Source: Minisyncoccota bacterium (lineage in GTDB: Bacteria > Patescibacteriota > Minisyncoccia > Phycocordibacterales > Phycocordibacteraceae). Taken from it: a stretch of 57,892 bases of DNA. Below the pieces are notes generated by a model. The model saw only the letters and a program-made list of their open reading frames with translations. It was not told where the DNA came from and did no database searches. The position numbers and the translations under genes were made by a program. Numbering within the stretch: the stretch's first letter is position 1; the number at the start of each line of letters is the position of its first letter. Where the stretch lies: contig JALHPI010000002.1 in assembly GCA_022842585.1 (NCBI GenBank), positions 1-57,892 of the forward strand. Direction: 5' to 3'. Below are positions 35,873-44,078 of this stretch, one piece after another.

Positions 35873-36438
35873 GGTGTGAGTGGGCCGGTAAGCGTAATGG
35901 TGAACGGAATATCGCTTTCTTTTGCGTATGCCGAGAGCGGAAGCTCTGCGCTTTTTGCAAATGCAAGCGAAGAGAGTGCGAGATGGTACTGACGGAGTGA
36001 CTCGCGGGTCTTTGCCATCCCCGTAATGGTCAGGCGACCTTCCGGCGACGGGGATTTAAACGAGAGCGCCGTTATCGTAATCCCCGCATGCGGCACTGCA
36101 AGCAGCGCACGGATGATCCCAGTAGCTGAGGGCGACGAGGAGAGTGCGAGTAACCGTTCCGAGTCGCTCTTAAGACGTGTGAGCCGTGTCTGCATCTCCG
36201 CTTCTTCGGAACCCGCAAGCGTGTTTGTGAGCTGTGCGAGACGCGCTCGCGCAAGCGAGGCCGTTTCGTGCAGGTATAGGTAGGAGGGGGTAAGCAGTGC
36301 GGCATGGATGCCGATAGCGCCCACTACTACGAGCGCAGCGACCGTGCCAAGCTTGAAGAAATAGTCACGTCTGAAGGCGCGTATCCGTTCATCCGGCAAT
36401 AGATTGGTGAGTTCAGATGACATATTCTCGTAGGGCAA
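35869..36438 (-). CDS. pilN: PilN-like type IV pilus assembly protein
   Basis: NLLP motif (TNLLPDERIR) then TM. The start could instead be the ATG at 36423. Confidence 0.7.
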   Translation of the reverse strand: MPYENMSSELTNLLPDERIRAFRRDYFFKLGTVAALVVVGAIGIHAALLTPSYLYLHETASLARARLAQLTNTLAGSEEAEMQTRLTRLKSDSERLLALSSSPSATGIIRALLAVPHAGITITALSFKSPSPEGRLTITGMAKTRESLRQYHLALSSLAFAKSAELPLSAYAKESDIPFTITLTGPLTP

Positions 36439-37495
36439 GTCCTATGGCGGTTCCGTAGGCGAGCGACTCGGTGTACTCAAGCGGCGGAAGCCATGCGTCG
36501 CGCGACGCAAAGTTCGCAAACACATCGCCAAGCTCGACCGGTACTTTAAGCGCCGTCTGCAGGTACTCAGGGAGACCGAGTACGGTAGCGTTGCCGCCTA
36601 CGAGTATTGCTCGCGTGACTGCGTCATGGACCTCGCCTTCGCCTTTGCGCGACTGCCAGTATTCAAGACGCTTGGCGATTTCCTCGCGGATAACCGAAAC
36701 CGTTGAAAGCATGGTGGCGAGATATTCTTCATTTCCGCTTCCTGCCACGATGCCACGTTCCGCCTTTACCCGCTTCGCCTCTTCTTCACTTACGCCAAAG
36801 TGCTTGGCAACCGCAAGCGTGAGCGCGTGTCCGCCAATATCAAGTGTGGTCACGTAGCGCGGCAGGCGGTTCGTCGCGACCAGGAGCTTGGTCGTTGTTT
36901 TTCCGATATCGATGATGAGCACCGTTTCCTCTTCCCCGTTTTTGAGGAGTGCGCGCGGAAGCGCAAACGTCTCGCTTTCAATGGCACGAGTAGTGATGCC
37001 GGCTTCGTCCAAGGTCTGGAGCGATTCATCGAGCACCCGGTGCGAGTAGCCTGCACCTACGACGCGCGACTTCTCTCCTACCTTCGGAAGACGCGCTACA
37101 GCAAACGCAACCTCGGAGGCTGGTAATGGCACGTACTCGTCGAGACGGCGTTCTACCGCCACCTTAGCTTCGTCGAGCGTCCCTTCGGGGACTTCCGCCT
37201 CAAATAGGTATCCGCGGGACTCCGGCAGGCCGAAGTTTGCTATTTTTATGCGGTGCTTTTTCGAAAGAGTCTTGAGCCCTTCGACAACCGCAGCAGCATC
37301 ACGTATTTCGCCACCGACTACCGTTCCCGTGGGAAGCGGATATTCGCCATAGTCTGCAAGCTCAAGGCCGGCAGAATGTTCGGCGAGTCGCGCTATCTTG
37401 ATGCCGCTCGTGGAAATATCGATACCGACCGTGCAAAGCGCGATATAGGAAGGAGGTGGCAATTCAACGCGAAGGAAGCGCGAAAGAGCGTTCAT
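36413..37495 (-). CDS. pilM: PilM, actin-like ATPase-fold type IV pilus assembly protein
   Basis: Internal ATG MNALSRFL...VGIDISTSGIKIARL. Actin/FtsA-like phosphate motifs. Confidence 0.85.
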   Translation of the reverse strand: MNALSRFLRVELPPPSYIALCTVGIDISTSGIKIARLAEHSAGLELADYGEYPLPTGTVVGGEIRDAAAVVEGLKTLSKKHRIKIANFGLPESRGYLFEAEVPEGTLDEAKVAVERRLDEYVPLPASEVAFAVARLPKVGEKSRVVGAGYSHRVLDESLQTLDEAGITTRAIESETFALPRALLKNGEEETVLIIDIGKTTTKLLVATNRLPRYVTTLDIGGHALTLAVAKHFGVSEEEAKRVKAERGIVAGSGNEEYLATMLSTVSVIREEIAKRLEYWQSRKGEGEVHDAVTRAILVGGNATVLGLPEYLQTALKVPVELGDVFANFASRDAWLPPLEYTESLAYGTAIGLALREYVI

Positions 37496-37541
37496 GCCGA
37501 TAAGTATAACGCCTCGGAAGGCGTGTCGTGTGTAAAAACTG

Positions 37542-37886
37542 TTAGTGGGCGCTCGTGCCGGGAGGGACCGGCCGGTCTGGGGTGAGGAATGCGAATGTGT
37601 CGCCCTCCCCCACTGCAAACAACATGCCGTTCGATTCGATACCTTTTATTACTCTCGGCTCGAGGTTCGTCACGTACGCGAGCTGGCGCCCAACGAGTGT
37701 TCCAGGGTCTTCTACATAGGCGGCAATGCCGGAAACAATCGTGCGCGGACTTGAGACTCCTTCAGTATCGACTTCCCCGAAATCGACCGTGCATTTCAAA
37801 AGCTTGTCGGTTTCCGGTACTCGTTCCGCGCTTTTGACCGTGCCTACGCGCACTTCTATCTTGCTGAATTCATCAATGGAAATCAT
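37542..37886 (-). CDS. Stand-alone tRNA-binding domain protein (CsaA/EMAP-like)
   Basis: 114 aa, KIEVRVGTVKSAERVPETDKLLKCTVDFG...VTNLEPRVIKGIESNGMLFA is the OB tRNA-binding domain otherwise fused to MetRS. Confidence 0.85.
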   Translation of the reverse strand: MISIDEFSKIEVRVGTVKSAERVPETDKLLKCTVDFGEVDTEGVSSPRTIVSGIAAYVEDPGTLVGRQLAYVTNLEPRVIKGIESNGMLFAVGEGDTFAFLTPDRPVPPGTSAH

Positions 37887-38311
37887 ATGCGGGAAAGATA
37901 GCTCGTAAGTATGAGGGCGGCGGCGGAAGCGTCGACCGCTTCCGTATTCTTTTGCGCTGTTTTGCGGGCGCTGTCGGACACATGCTGCGGGTGCAGGCCA
38001 TCAAACCCGCGACGCGCTTCCTGTGTGGTGAATAATTCCTGCTCGAAAAACACCGGGAGCCCTGTCGTATCCTCGAGACTTTTTCCAAACGCGTGCGCGG
38101 CTTCTGCTACCGGATTTTTTTCCCCATTGAAATTCAGCGAATCCCCTACCACGATTGCGCCTATCTGTTCCTTTTCAATAAGCGCACACACCGTATTCAA
38201 AAGCGTATCGTCGTTCTTAAGGATGCTGTGGGGAAATCCCATAGTACCCGCCTCGTCCGAGAGAGCGAGTCCTACTTTTTTGGTTCCGTAATCGATGCCG
38301 AGGTGACGCAT
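37883..38311 (-). CDS. ruvX: YqgF/RuvX putative pre-16S rRNA nuclease / Holliday junction resolvase
   Basis: Internal ATG MRHLGIDYGTKKVGLALSD signature. Confidence 0.88.
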   Translation of the reverse strand: MRHLGIDYGTKKVGLALSDEAGTMGFPHSILKNDDTLLNTVCALIEKEQIGAIVVGDSLNFNGEKNPVAEAAHAFGKSLEDTTGLPVFFEQELFTTQEARRGFDGLHPQHVSDSARKTAQKNTEAVDASAAALILTSYLSRI

Positions 38312-38341
38312 AAAAGCTATCGTACCAACAAATAAGGGCAT

Positions 38342-38704
38342 GTGGTATTCTCCCTTTATATGTGGACCCCTTTCTCGGACAATCTCTTCCTGGACGCCTC
38401 CGGCAGCGCGTTTGGGTTCGGCACGGTTCTAATTGCAGTCCTGTTCATTGTTATCGCGCTCTGGGCGCTTGTATGGAAGACGCTTGCCGTCTGGCACGCA
38501 GCGCGCAACAAGCAACGACTCTGGATGATTGCGCTTCTTCTCGTAAACACGGTAGGCGTACTAGAAATCATCTATCTTGCTTGGTTCCGCAAAGACAACA
38601 ATGCGACCGGAAGTCCCGAGTTATACCCCTTCTTGAAAGATATTAAAAATCCTCTAACGTATGACTCCGCAACATCTGGGGAAACGAAAGAAAAAACTAT
38701 CTAG
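38342..38704 (+). CDS. DUF5652-like small membrane protein
   Basis: Two TMs with WKTLAVWHAARNKQRLWMIALLLVNTVGVLEIIYL. The start may be the ATG at 38360. Confidence 0.6.
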   Translation: MVFSLYMWTPFSDNLFLDASGSAFGFGTVLIAVLFIVIALWALVWKTLAVWHAARNKQRLWMIALLLVNTVGVLEIIYLAWFRKDNNATGSPELYPFLKDIKNPLTYDSATSGETKEKTI

Positions 38705-38746
38705 CAAGGTTCGTTTGGTGTGATGCATTAGTGGTACACTGTATTA

Positions 38747-39235
38747 GTGGAAAAGTACAAAAGGAACCCTAACGCCAGATGTTTCGTTTGTAAGAAACCA
38801 ACCTATTGTCGCCCTGCACAGATAAAAGAGAATGGGGGTCGGGTTTTTTGTAGTTCCCGCTGTTACGGAATATCAATCAGAAAAGAGCATCCTTGCGTCG
38901 TATGCAGCAAGCCTATTTTAGCGAGTGCGAATAAAAAAACATGTAGCAGGAGCTGCGCTAACACTCATCGTGCAGGTAATCTTTATAAAACTGGAGCACG
39001 CAAAGATAAAGTTCAGTACCAGAGAGGGCTAAAGATGCGTTTATTGGAAGCTCGGGAACCAGTATGCGAACGATGCGGGTACGATAAATACGAAATCATT
39101 AACGTCCACCATAAAGACCGAAATCGACAGCATAACGATTTTGAAAACCTCGAGTTACTTTGCCCAAATTGCCATGCGGAGGAGCATTACCTTGAAGGTA
39201 ATTGGTACAGTGGTAGGATAGGAAAAAGTACATAA
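38747..39235 (+). CDS. HNH endonuclease with N-terminal CxxC zinc-ribbon repeats (AT-rich), paralog of 28479..28973
   Basis: 162 aa, CFVCKK...FCSSRC, CVVCSK...CSRSC, HNH core INVHHKDRNRQHNDFENLELLCPNCH. Ends 4 nt before tRNA-Ser. Confidence 0.85.
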   Translation: MEKYKRNPNARCFVCKKPTYCRPAQIKENGGRVFCSSRCYGISIRKEHPCVVCSKPILASANKKTCSRSCANTHRAGNLYKTGARKDKVQYQRGLKMRLLEAREPVCERCGYDKYEIINVHHKDRNRQHNDFENLELLCPNCHAEEHYLEGNWYSGRIGKST

Positions 39236-39239
39236 AAAC

Positions 39240-39325
39240 GGAGGCGTGGCAGAGTTGGTCTATCGCACTTGTCTTGAAAACAAGAGTTCCGCAAGGGACC
39301 GTGAGTTCGAATCTCACCGCCTCCG
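39240..39325 (+). tRNA. tRNA-Ser(TGA)
   Basis: Acceptor GGAGGCG/CGCCTCC, anticodon loop CTTGAAA, long variable arm, T-arm GTGAG-TTCGAAT-CTCAC, discriminator G. Confidence 0.9.
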
Positions 39326-39370
39326 CTAAAAGTTTGAAGTTCTTGTATTTGTTGGTGCTATTATATTCGT

Positions 39371-39844
39371 ATGCGTCGTGGCCCACTGTTTGAATGGGAA
39401 GGGCGAGAGTATCGCTTTGAAGAAAAAAACGCCGATTGGTATTGGGCGCTTGGCATCATTGCTACCGCAGGTAGCATCGCGTCCATACTTTTCGGAAACA
39501 TGCTCCTCGGGTTGGTCATTGTGGCCGCGGCAATCTCTATTGCTATCGCGGCCGCGAAGCGGCCGCGCGTACATCGGTTCGCCATACATGAAGACGGGGT
39601 TTCCATTGATGACAGCCTGTATCCGTTTGAAAGCATGCTGCATTTTTCCGTACTTGAATACATCGATGAGACGCTCCCGCCCTCCCTTTCCATAAAAACG
39701 AAGCATCTGCTTGCGCCGCACCTCCTCATACCGATTGTCGGACATGACCCGGTGGAAATTTACGAATACGTATCCCTGCATCTTCCCGAAGGACGGCATG
39801 ATGAGTCGGTCATGGATCGTATTAGCGAATTGTTCCGTATCTAG
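39371..39844 (+). CDS. Hypothetical 2-TM membrane protein (157 aa)
   Basis: WYWALGIIATAGSIASILFGNMLLGLVIVAAAISIAIAAA hydrophobic pair. Preferred over the antisense ORF 39326..39901. Confidence 0.5.
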   Translation: MRRGPLFEWEGREYRFEEKNADWYWALGIIATAGSIASILFGNMLLGLVIVAAAISIAIAAAKRPRVHRFAIHEDGVSIDDSLYPFESMLHFSVLEYIDETLPPSLSIKTKHLLAPHLLIPIVGHDPVEIYEYVSLHLPEGRHDESVMDRISELFRI

Positions 39845-39960
39845 TTGCGAATACGCGCACAAAACGCTACAGTCAGCGTTATCGCTCTCGTATGTAGGCA
39901 TACGAGAGCTCGTTCGGAGACCATGCCAGCACGAGACGTGCTAGCATACTTCCTCACTTC

Positions 39961-40035
39961 GCTCTCGTCGTTCAATGGATAGGACGCTAGCTTGCGGAGC
40001 TGGTAATATAGGTTCGATTCCTATCGAGAGCACCA
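39961..40035 (+). tRNA. tRNA-Arg(GCG), CCA encoded
   Basis: Acceptor GCTCTCG/CGAGAGC, anticodon loop TTGCGGA, T-arm ATAGG-TTCGATT-CCTAT, ACCA. Confidence 0.88.
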
Positions 40036-40040
40036 AAGAC

Positions 40041-40076
40041 AGAAACACTCGCCCAAGGCGAGTGTTCTGCTTTTCT
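40041..40076 (+). terminator. Hairpin + T-run directly after tRNA-Arg(GCG)
   Basis: AGAAACACTCGCC-CAA-GGCGAGTGTTCT followed by GCTTTTCT. Confidence 0.65.
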
Positions 40077-40221
40077 GCTCTCGAGCACGCCTGGGAGGCG
40101 TGCATATAGGAATCGAAAGTCGGAGGCCTGTCGAGGCCGAGACGGGGTCGCGGAATTTTCCAGCAGGAAAATATCCGTGACCGATGCGTGCCTCATTCTT
40201 ATGAGGACACTTCCTATCGAG
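40077..40221 (+). repeat. Family C tRNA-linked structured element (tRNA-Arg(GCG) copy)
   Basis: GCTCTCGA[hairpin]...TAGGAATCGAA = reverse complement of the tRNA 3' end. Core GAGACGGGGTCGCGGAATTTTCCAGCAGGAAAATATCCGTGACCGATGCGTG. Ends in TTCCTATCGAG (direct copy). Confidence 0.85.
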
Positions 40222-40243
40222 GAATTTGGTATTGTAGTCCCAC

Positions 40244-40318
40244 GCTCCCATCGTTCAATGGATAGGACACTTCCCTCCGAAGGAAGAAATGCTGGTTCGA
40301 CTCCAGCTGGAAGCACCA
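40244..40318 (+). tRNA. tRNA-Arg(CCG), CCA encoded
   Basis: Acceptor GCTCCCA/TGGAAGC (one C-A mismatch), anticodon loop CTCCGAA, T-arm GCTGG-TTCGACT-CCAGC, ACCA. Confidence 0.85.
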
Positions 40319-40343
40319 ATGAAAAGGCGAAGCCTTGAATTCG

Positions 40344-40474
40344 GCTTCTGGCTGGAGTCGAAAGCCGGAAGCGCGTCGGCGCTGAGGCGGGGTCGAGGAA
40401 TTTTCCAGCAGGAAAATATCCGTGACCGATGCGTGCCTGCGGTCTTCGCAGGACACCTCCAGCTGGAAGCACCA
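40344..40474 (+). repeat. Family C tRNA-linked structured element (tRNA-Arg(CCG) copy)
   Basis: GCTTCTGGCTGGAGTCGAA (near reverse complement of the tRNA 3' end) ... same core ... CTCCAGCTGGAAGCACCA (exact 18-nt copy including CCA). Confidence 0.85.
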
Positions 40475-40478
40475 ATAA

Positions 40479-40505
40479 GAAAACCGCCCTAACGGGGCGG
40501 TTTTC
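40479..40505. terminator. Bidirectional intrinsic terminator (element C / rpsT convergent)
   Basis: GAAAACCGCCC-TAAC-GGGGCGGTTTTC. Confidence 0.85.
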
Positions 40506-40513
40506 TTGATTCT

Positions 40514-40762
40514 CTACTTTGCAGTTGCTTTCGCTACTGCCTTCGCGAGGCGGGACTTCTTGCGGTCCGCAGTGTTCTTCTTGATGATGCCGCGCTTTGC
40601 CGCCTTGTCGATAGCCTGGTATGCCTTCGAAAGGGACTCCGTGGTCATCTCCTTGCGCGCATCCTTGGTCGCTCCGGAGAGTACTTTCTTGCGGCGCACG
40701 TTGAAAACGTGCTTCTTAAGGGAAGCGCGGTGGGCCTTCTTTGCTGATTTCGTTATTGCCAT
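40514..40762 (-). CDS. rpsT: 30S ribosomal protein S20
   Basis: 82 aa, MAITKSAKKAHRASLKKHVFNVRRK signature. Confidence 0.93.
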   Translation of the reverse strand: MAITKSAKKAHRASLKKHVFNVRRKKVLSGATKDARKEMTTESLSKAYQAIDKAAKRGIIKKNTADRKKSRLAKAVAKATAK

Positions 40763-40819
40763 GTGGTTTGCAAGATACGCTATTTTAAGCGTACGCGCAA
40801 GAAGTGCTAGGATACCTGC

Positions 40820-41371
40820 ATGATACGAGAGATACGCGGCACAGTGCTCTCCGTCGAGCCTGCAGGCATCGTGGTAGATATCGCCGGTTGGGGCGTACTG
40901 GTCGCCGTCCCCTCCCCTGACGCTTTCTCACCTGATGAGCAGGTGACACTTAAAACCCATTTGGCGGTAAAGCAGGATGGTATGGATTTGTACGGCTTCA
41001 AAGACCCGAAAGATCTCCGCTTTTTTGAGCTTTGTCTTTCAGTCTCGGGAGTAGGCCCTAAAACCGCGCTCTCCATTCTCCGCCGTGCCCCAAGAGAAAA
41101 CCTCGAGGCCGCTATCGGGAAGCGCGACGTGCAGTATCTCACCCGCGTCGTAGGTCTAGGTAAAAAAGCCGCCGAAAAGTTAGTGGTGGAAATAAGCGAA
41201 AAAATAAGCGTGATGGAATCTTCGGATTCAGGCGAAGACGCAGAAGTGTTTGATACGCTTGTGGCGCTCGGCTACACCGAGCGCGAAGCGCGTAAAGCGG
41301 TTGGAGCCATTCCTTCCTCAGTCGAAGGAAAGGAGGCGCGTCTGAAGTCCGCGCTCTCGATACAGCCGTAG
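40820..41371 (+). CDS. ruvA: Holliday junction DNA helicase subunit RuvA
   Basis: MIREIRGTV..., HhH motifs (VSGVGPKTALSIL, VVGLGKKAAEKL), C-terminal domain III. Confidence 0.92.
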   Translation: MIREIRGTVLSVEPAGIVVDIAGWGVLVAVPSPDAFSPDEQVTLKTHLAVKQDGMDLYGFKDPKDLRFFELCLSVSGVGPKTALSILRRAPRENLEAAIGKRDVQYLTRVVGLGKKAAEKLVVEISEKISVMESSDSGEDAEVFDTLVALGYTEREARKAVGAIPSSVEGKEARLKSALSIQP

Positions 41372-41373
41372 GT

Positions 41374-42630
41374 ATGTTGAAAGCACTGCTCGAAAAAATA
41401 CTTCCCTATCGCGTGTATCTCGCGCTCGTTGGTCCGTATCATTATCTTCGTACCTTCCTCAGCGCTCTTGATAATGGTTTTCCGGCACGGAACATGACCG
41501 TTATCGGTATAAACGGCACGAAGGGAAAATCTACCACCGCCGATATGCTCTTCGCGGTATTGCGTGCGCACGGATGCAAGACCGCGCTTGCCTCGACCAT
41601 TCGCTTTGCGGTAGACGAAGAGTCGGAACCGAACCTCTACAAGATGACGATGCCGGGGCACGGCTTCCTGCAAAAATTTCTCGCAAATGCACGTAGGCAG
41701 GGCGCAACCCATGCCGTGGTCGAGCTCACCACAGAAGGGGCCCGCCAGTACCGCCATGCCTTTTTATATCTCGATGCGCTCATTATGCTCAACGTGCAAC
41801 GCGAGCACATAGAATCCCACGGCTCATTTGAAAAGTACGTTGCAAAAAAATGGACCCTTGTACACGCCCTGGAACGCTCGCCGAAAAAGAATCGCGCCAT
41901 CGCTGTCTGCACAGATGACGCAGAAAATGCGCGCTTCATGGAGGCGACCGTTCCTACTCGACACGCGTTTTCGCACACGGACCTCTCGAACCTCGTGCTC
42001 GCCGAACGCTCTGTGTCATTTACGTACAAAGGCATTTTGTTCTCCGTACCCATGCCGGGCGCTTTCAATGCGGTAAACGCTCTTGCAGCCATTACTATCG
42101 CTGAACACCTGCACATCCCTCTTGAAACAATCGCACGTGCACTTGCCACGTTGCCGGTCGTCCGCGGACGTCTCGAGCATATCGAGTGCGGTCAGGACTT
42201 TACTGCAGTCGTCGACTACGCCCACACGCCAGATTCCTTACGCGCGCTCTATGAAGCGTTTCCGGGACGGAAAATATGCGTGCTCGGAAACACCGGCGGC
42301 GGGCGTGATGCATGGAAGCGCCCGGAGATGGGTAAGATTGCAGACGCTCTGTGTGACGAGGTCATCCTTACGGACGAAGACCCGTACGATGAAGACCCGA
42401 AACAGATTGTGGAAGCGATGGCGGAAGGTATGGAGAAAAGGCCGTCTATCATCATGGATAGACGCGAAGCGATTAGAACCGCGCTTACACACGCAAAGAA
42501 AGGAGACGCGGTGCTTATAAGCGGGAAAGGCACGGACCCGTACATCATGAAAGCGAACGGAGAGAAGCTGCGCTGGAGCGATGCGGAAGTAGTGCGCGAA
42601 GAACTGCAAAAGCTCGGACACACTTCGTAG
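41374..42630 (+). CDS. murE: Mur ligase, MurE-like (short N-terminus)
   Basis: GINGTKGKSTT P-loop, DYAHTPDSL, GNTGGGRDAWKRPEMG motifs. Confidence 0.85.
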   Translation: MLKALLEKILPYRVYLALVGPYHYLRTFLSALDNGFPARNMTVIGINGTKGKSTTADMLFAVLRAHGCKTALASTIRFAVDEESEPNLYKMTMPGHGFLQKFLANARRQGATHAVVELTTEGARQYRHAFLYLDALIMLNVQREHIESHGSFEKYVAKKWTLVHALERSPKKNRAIAVCTDDAENARFMEATVPTRHAFSHTDLSNLVLAERSVSFTYKGILFSVPMPGAFNAVNALAAITIAEHLHIPLETIARALATLPVVRGRLEHIECGQDFTAVVDYAHTPDSLRALYEAFPGRKICVLGNTGGGRDAWKRPEMGKIADALCDEVILTDEDPYDEDPKQIVEAMAEGMEKRPSIIMDRREAIRTALTHAKKGDAVLISGKGTDPYIMKANGEKLRWSDAEVVREELQKLGHTS

Positions 42631-42649
42631 AGCTTGCTATCATAGGCGC

Positions 42650-43546
42650 ATGCGCGCAGACCTTTTTTCATTCCTTGGGATACTTGTCCTTATTTTCGTA
42701 CTCTGGGCTGCTTCCGGCGGACCGTCTCGACCCATCTCGTTTTCAGGACCGTACCTGATGCCCATCACGACGACCGGAACGACCGCACAGCCCTACGGTG
42801 ACCCGACTAAATTCTCAAGCATCAATACGAACGTGACCGTCGGACTACAGGGAGTATCTACGTCAGGCGGAGTGTCCGCATATAGCAACTCTGTTTCTTT
42901 TTCTCGTGACCTTTCAGGAGCTTCCCAAACCGACCCTGAAAACGAATACGTCGTAATTCTTGTTTCGGGAGCAAGCGATATGACGATTTCAACCGCAGGA
43001 TGGAAGCTCGTGAGTAAGGCAACTGGTGCGGGTGCGCCGCTCCCGCTTGGGACCGAAGTTCCCCGCTCCGGCCGAGTGAATCCACTCTCGCCGATACTGC
43101 TCCGCGGAGGAGACCAGATGATTGTCACGAGCGGTCGTTCTCCAGTAGGCGTCTCCTTCAAGGAAAATAAGTGTGCCGGATACTTCGAGGAAAATCAGGA
43201 CTTCAATCCCTCGCTCCAGACAAACTGCCCTACCGCATCCCAAGAGTTCTCCCGTTTCTTTGACGGCGAAGATGAAAGAGGTACCTGCGTGGCATACGTA
43301 CGCTCTATCCCGTACTGCTCTACTGAGACGCGCGCCGCAAATAACATCTCTTCTTCCTGCGAGAACTTCGTGGAAAAGCACCTAAACTACAACGGTTGCG
43401 TGGATACCCATAAAGCCGATTCAGATTTCCTTGGCTCTACGTGGCGCGTATTCCTCGGGAGCCGCGACGAACTCTGGCGCACCAATCGCGAGACCATTAC
43501 GCTCCTTGATGGGCAGAACAAGGTCATCGACTCCATTACCTACTAG
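42650..43546 (+). CDS. Secreted hypothetical protein with lamin-tail-like (LTD) segment and Cys-rich C-terminus
   Basis: N-terminal TM. NEYVVILVSG...ISTAGWKLVS resembles an LTD. 8 Cys in the C-terminal half. Confidence 0.6.
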   Translation: MRADLFSFLGILVLIFVLWAASGGPSRPISFSGPYLMPITTTGTTAQPYGDPTKFSSINTNVTVGLQGVSTSGGVSAYSNSVSFSRDLSGASQTDPENEYVVILVSGASDMTISTAGWKLVSKATGAGAPLPLGTEVPRSGRVNPLSPILLRGGDQMIVTSGRSPVGVSFKENKCAGYFEENQDFNPSLQTNCPTASQEFSRFFDGEDERGTCVAYVRSIPYCSTETRAANNISSSCENFVEKHLNYNGCVDTHKADSDFLGSTWRVFLGSRDELWRTNRETITLLDGQNKVIDSITY

Positions 43547-43581
43547 AAATAGGGAGCGGTAAGTGGTAGGTTAGTGGAATT

Positions 43582-43654
43582 GCGCCTATAGCTCAGTTGG
43601 TAGAGCAGTTCCCTTTTAAGGAATTGGTCCCTGGTTCGAGTCCAGGTGGGCGCA
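43582..43654 (+). tRNA. tRNA-Lys(TTT), no encoded CCA
   Basis: Acceptor GCGCCTA/TGGGCGC, anticodon loop CTTTTAA, T-arm CCTGG-TTCGAGT-CCAGG. Confidence 0.9.
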
Positions 43655-44078
43655 CAAACAAGAAACATAGGATTAGAATATTGAGTAAGAGACTCAATAT
43701 CAGCAGCAACAGGCTCCATAACTTATGACTACCCGAATCTTGAGCGAGAAAATTCACAGAACCGATGTACCTCTGTTCTGAGATTTTTGAGCTTGAGGCA
43801 AAGGAAAGACGGTTATCAATATGGGACTTGAATTTCTCTTTTTCAAAAGCACAGGAAGTCGGCGATTGACTTTCGCAGATAGATTTACCGATGAGAAGCG
43901 AAAGAATGGCTTCATCAGAAGCCTGCGCTAGATTGTTTTGGTCTTCCAACATCACGGTTCCGTGTTGAAGAACTTTGAATATTTTTTCTTCATAAGACGC
44001 ATCATTGTACGAACCAGCCACCTGAAATATGCCCGATAGGACCAGAAGACCTGTGATGATAATTTCTTTTTTACTCAT
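43593..44078 (-). CDS. AT-rich hypothetical protein (signal peptide + C-terminal TM) whose 3' end runs antisense through tRNA-Lys
   Basis: Start MSKKEIIITGLLVLSG with ATGA overlap onto the holA stop. No stop codon until inside the tRNA-Lys gene. Confidence 0.5.
   Translation of the reverse strand: MSKKEIIITGLLVLSGIFQVAGSYNDASYEEKIFKVLQHGTVMLEDQNNLAQASDEAILSLLIGKSICESQSPTSCAFEKEKFKSHIDNRLSFASSSKISEQRYIGSVNFLAQDSGSHKLWSLLLLILSLLLNILILCFLFVRPPGLEPGTNSLKGNCSTN

Noticed and set aside
39987-40475. ORFs 39987..40475, 40021..40251 and 40214..40456 (-), and 40289..40492 (+).
   Set aside because: They span two tRNA genes and the family C repeats. The repeated peptide strings (GHGYFPAGKF...) merely reflect the repeated nucleotide core.
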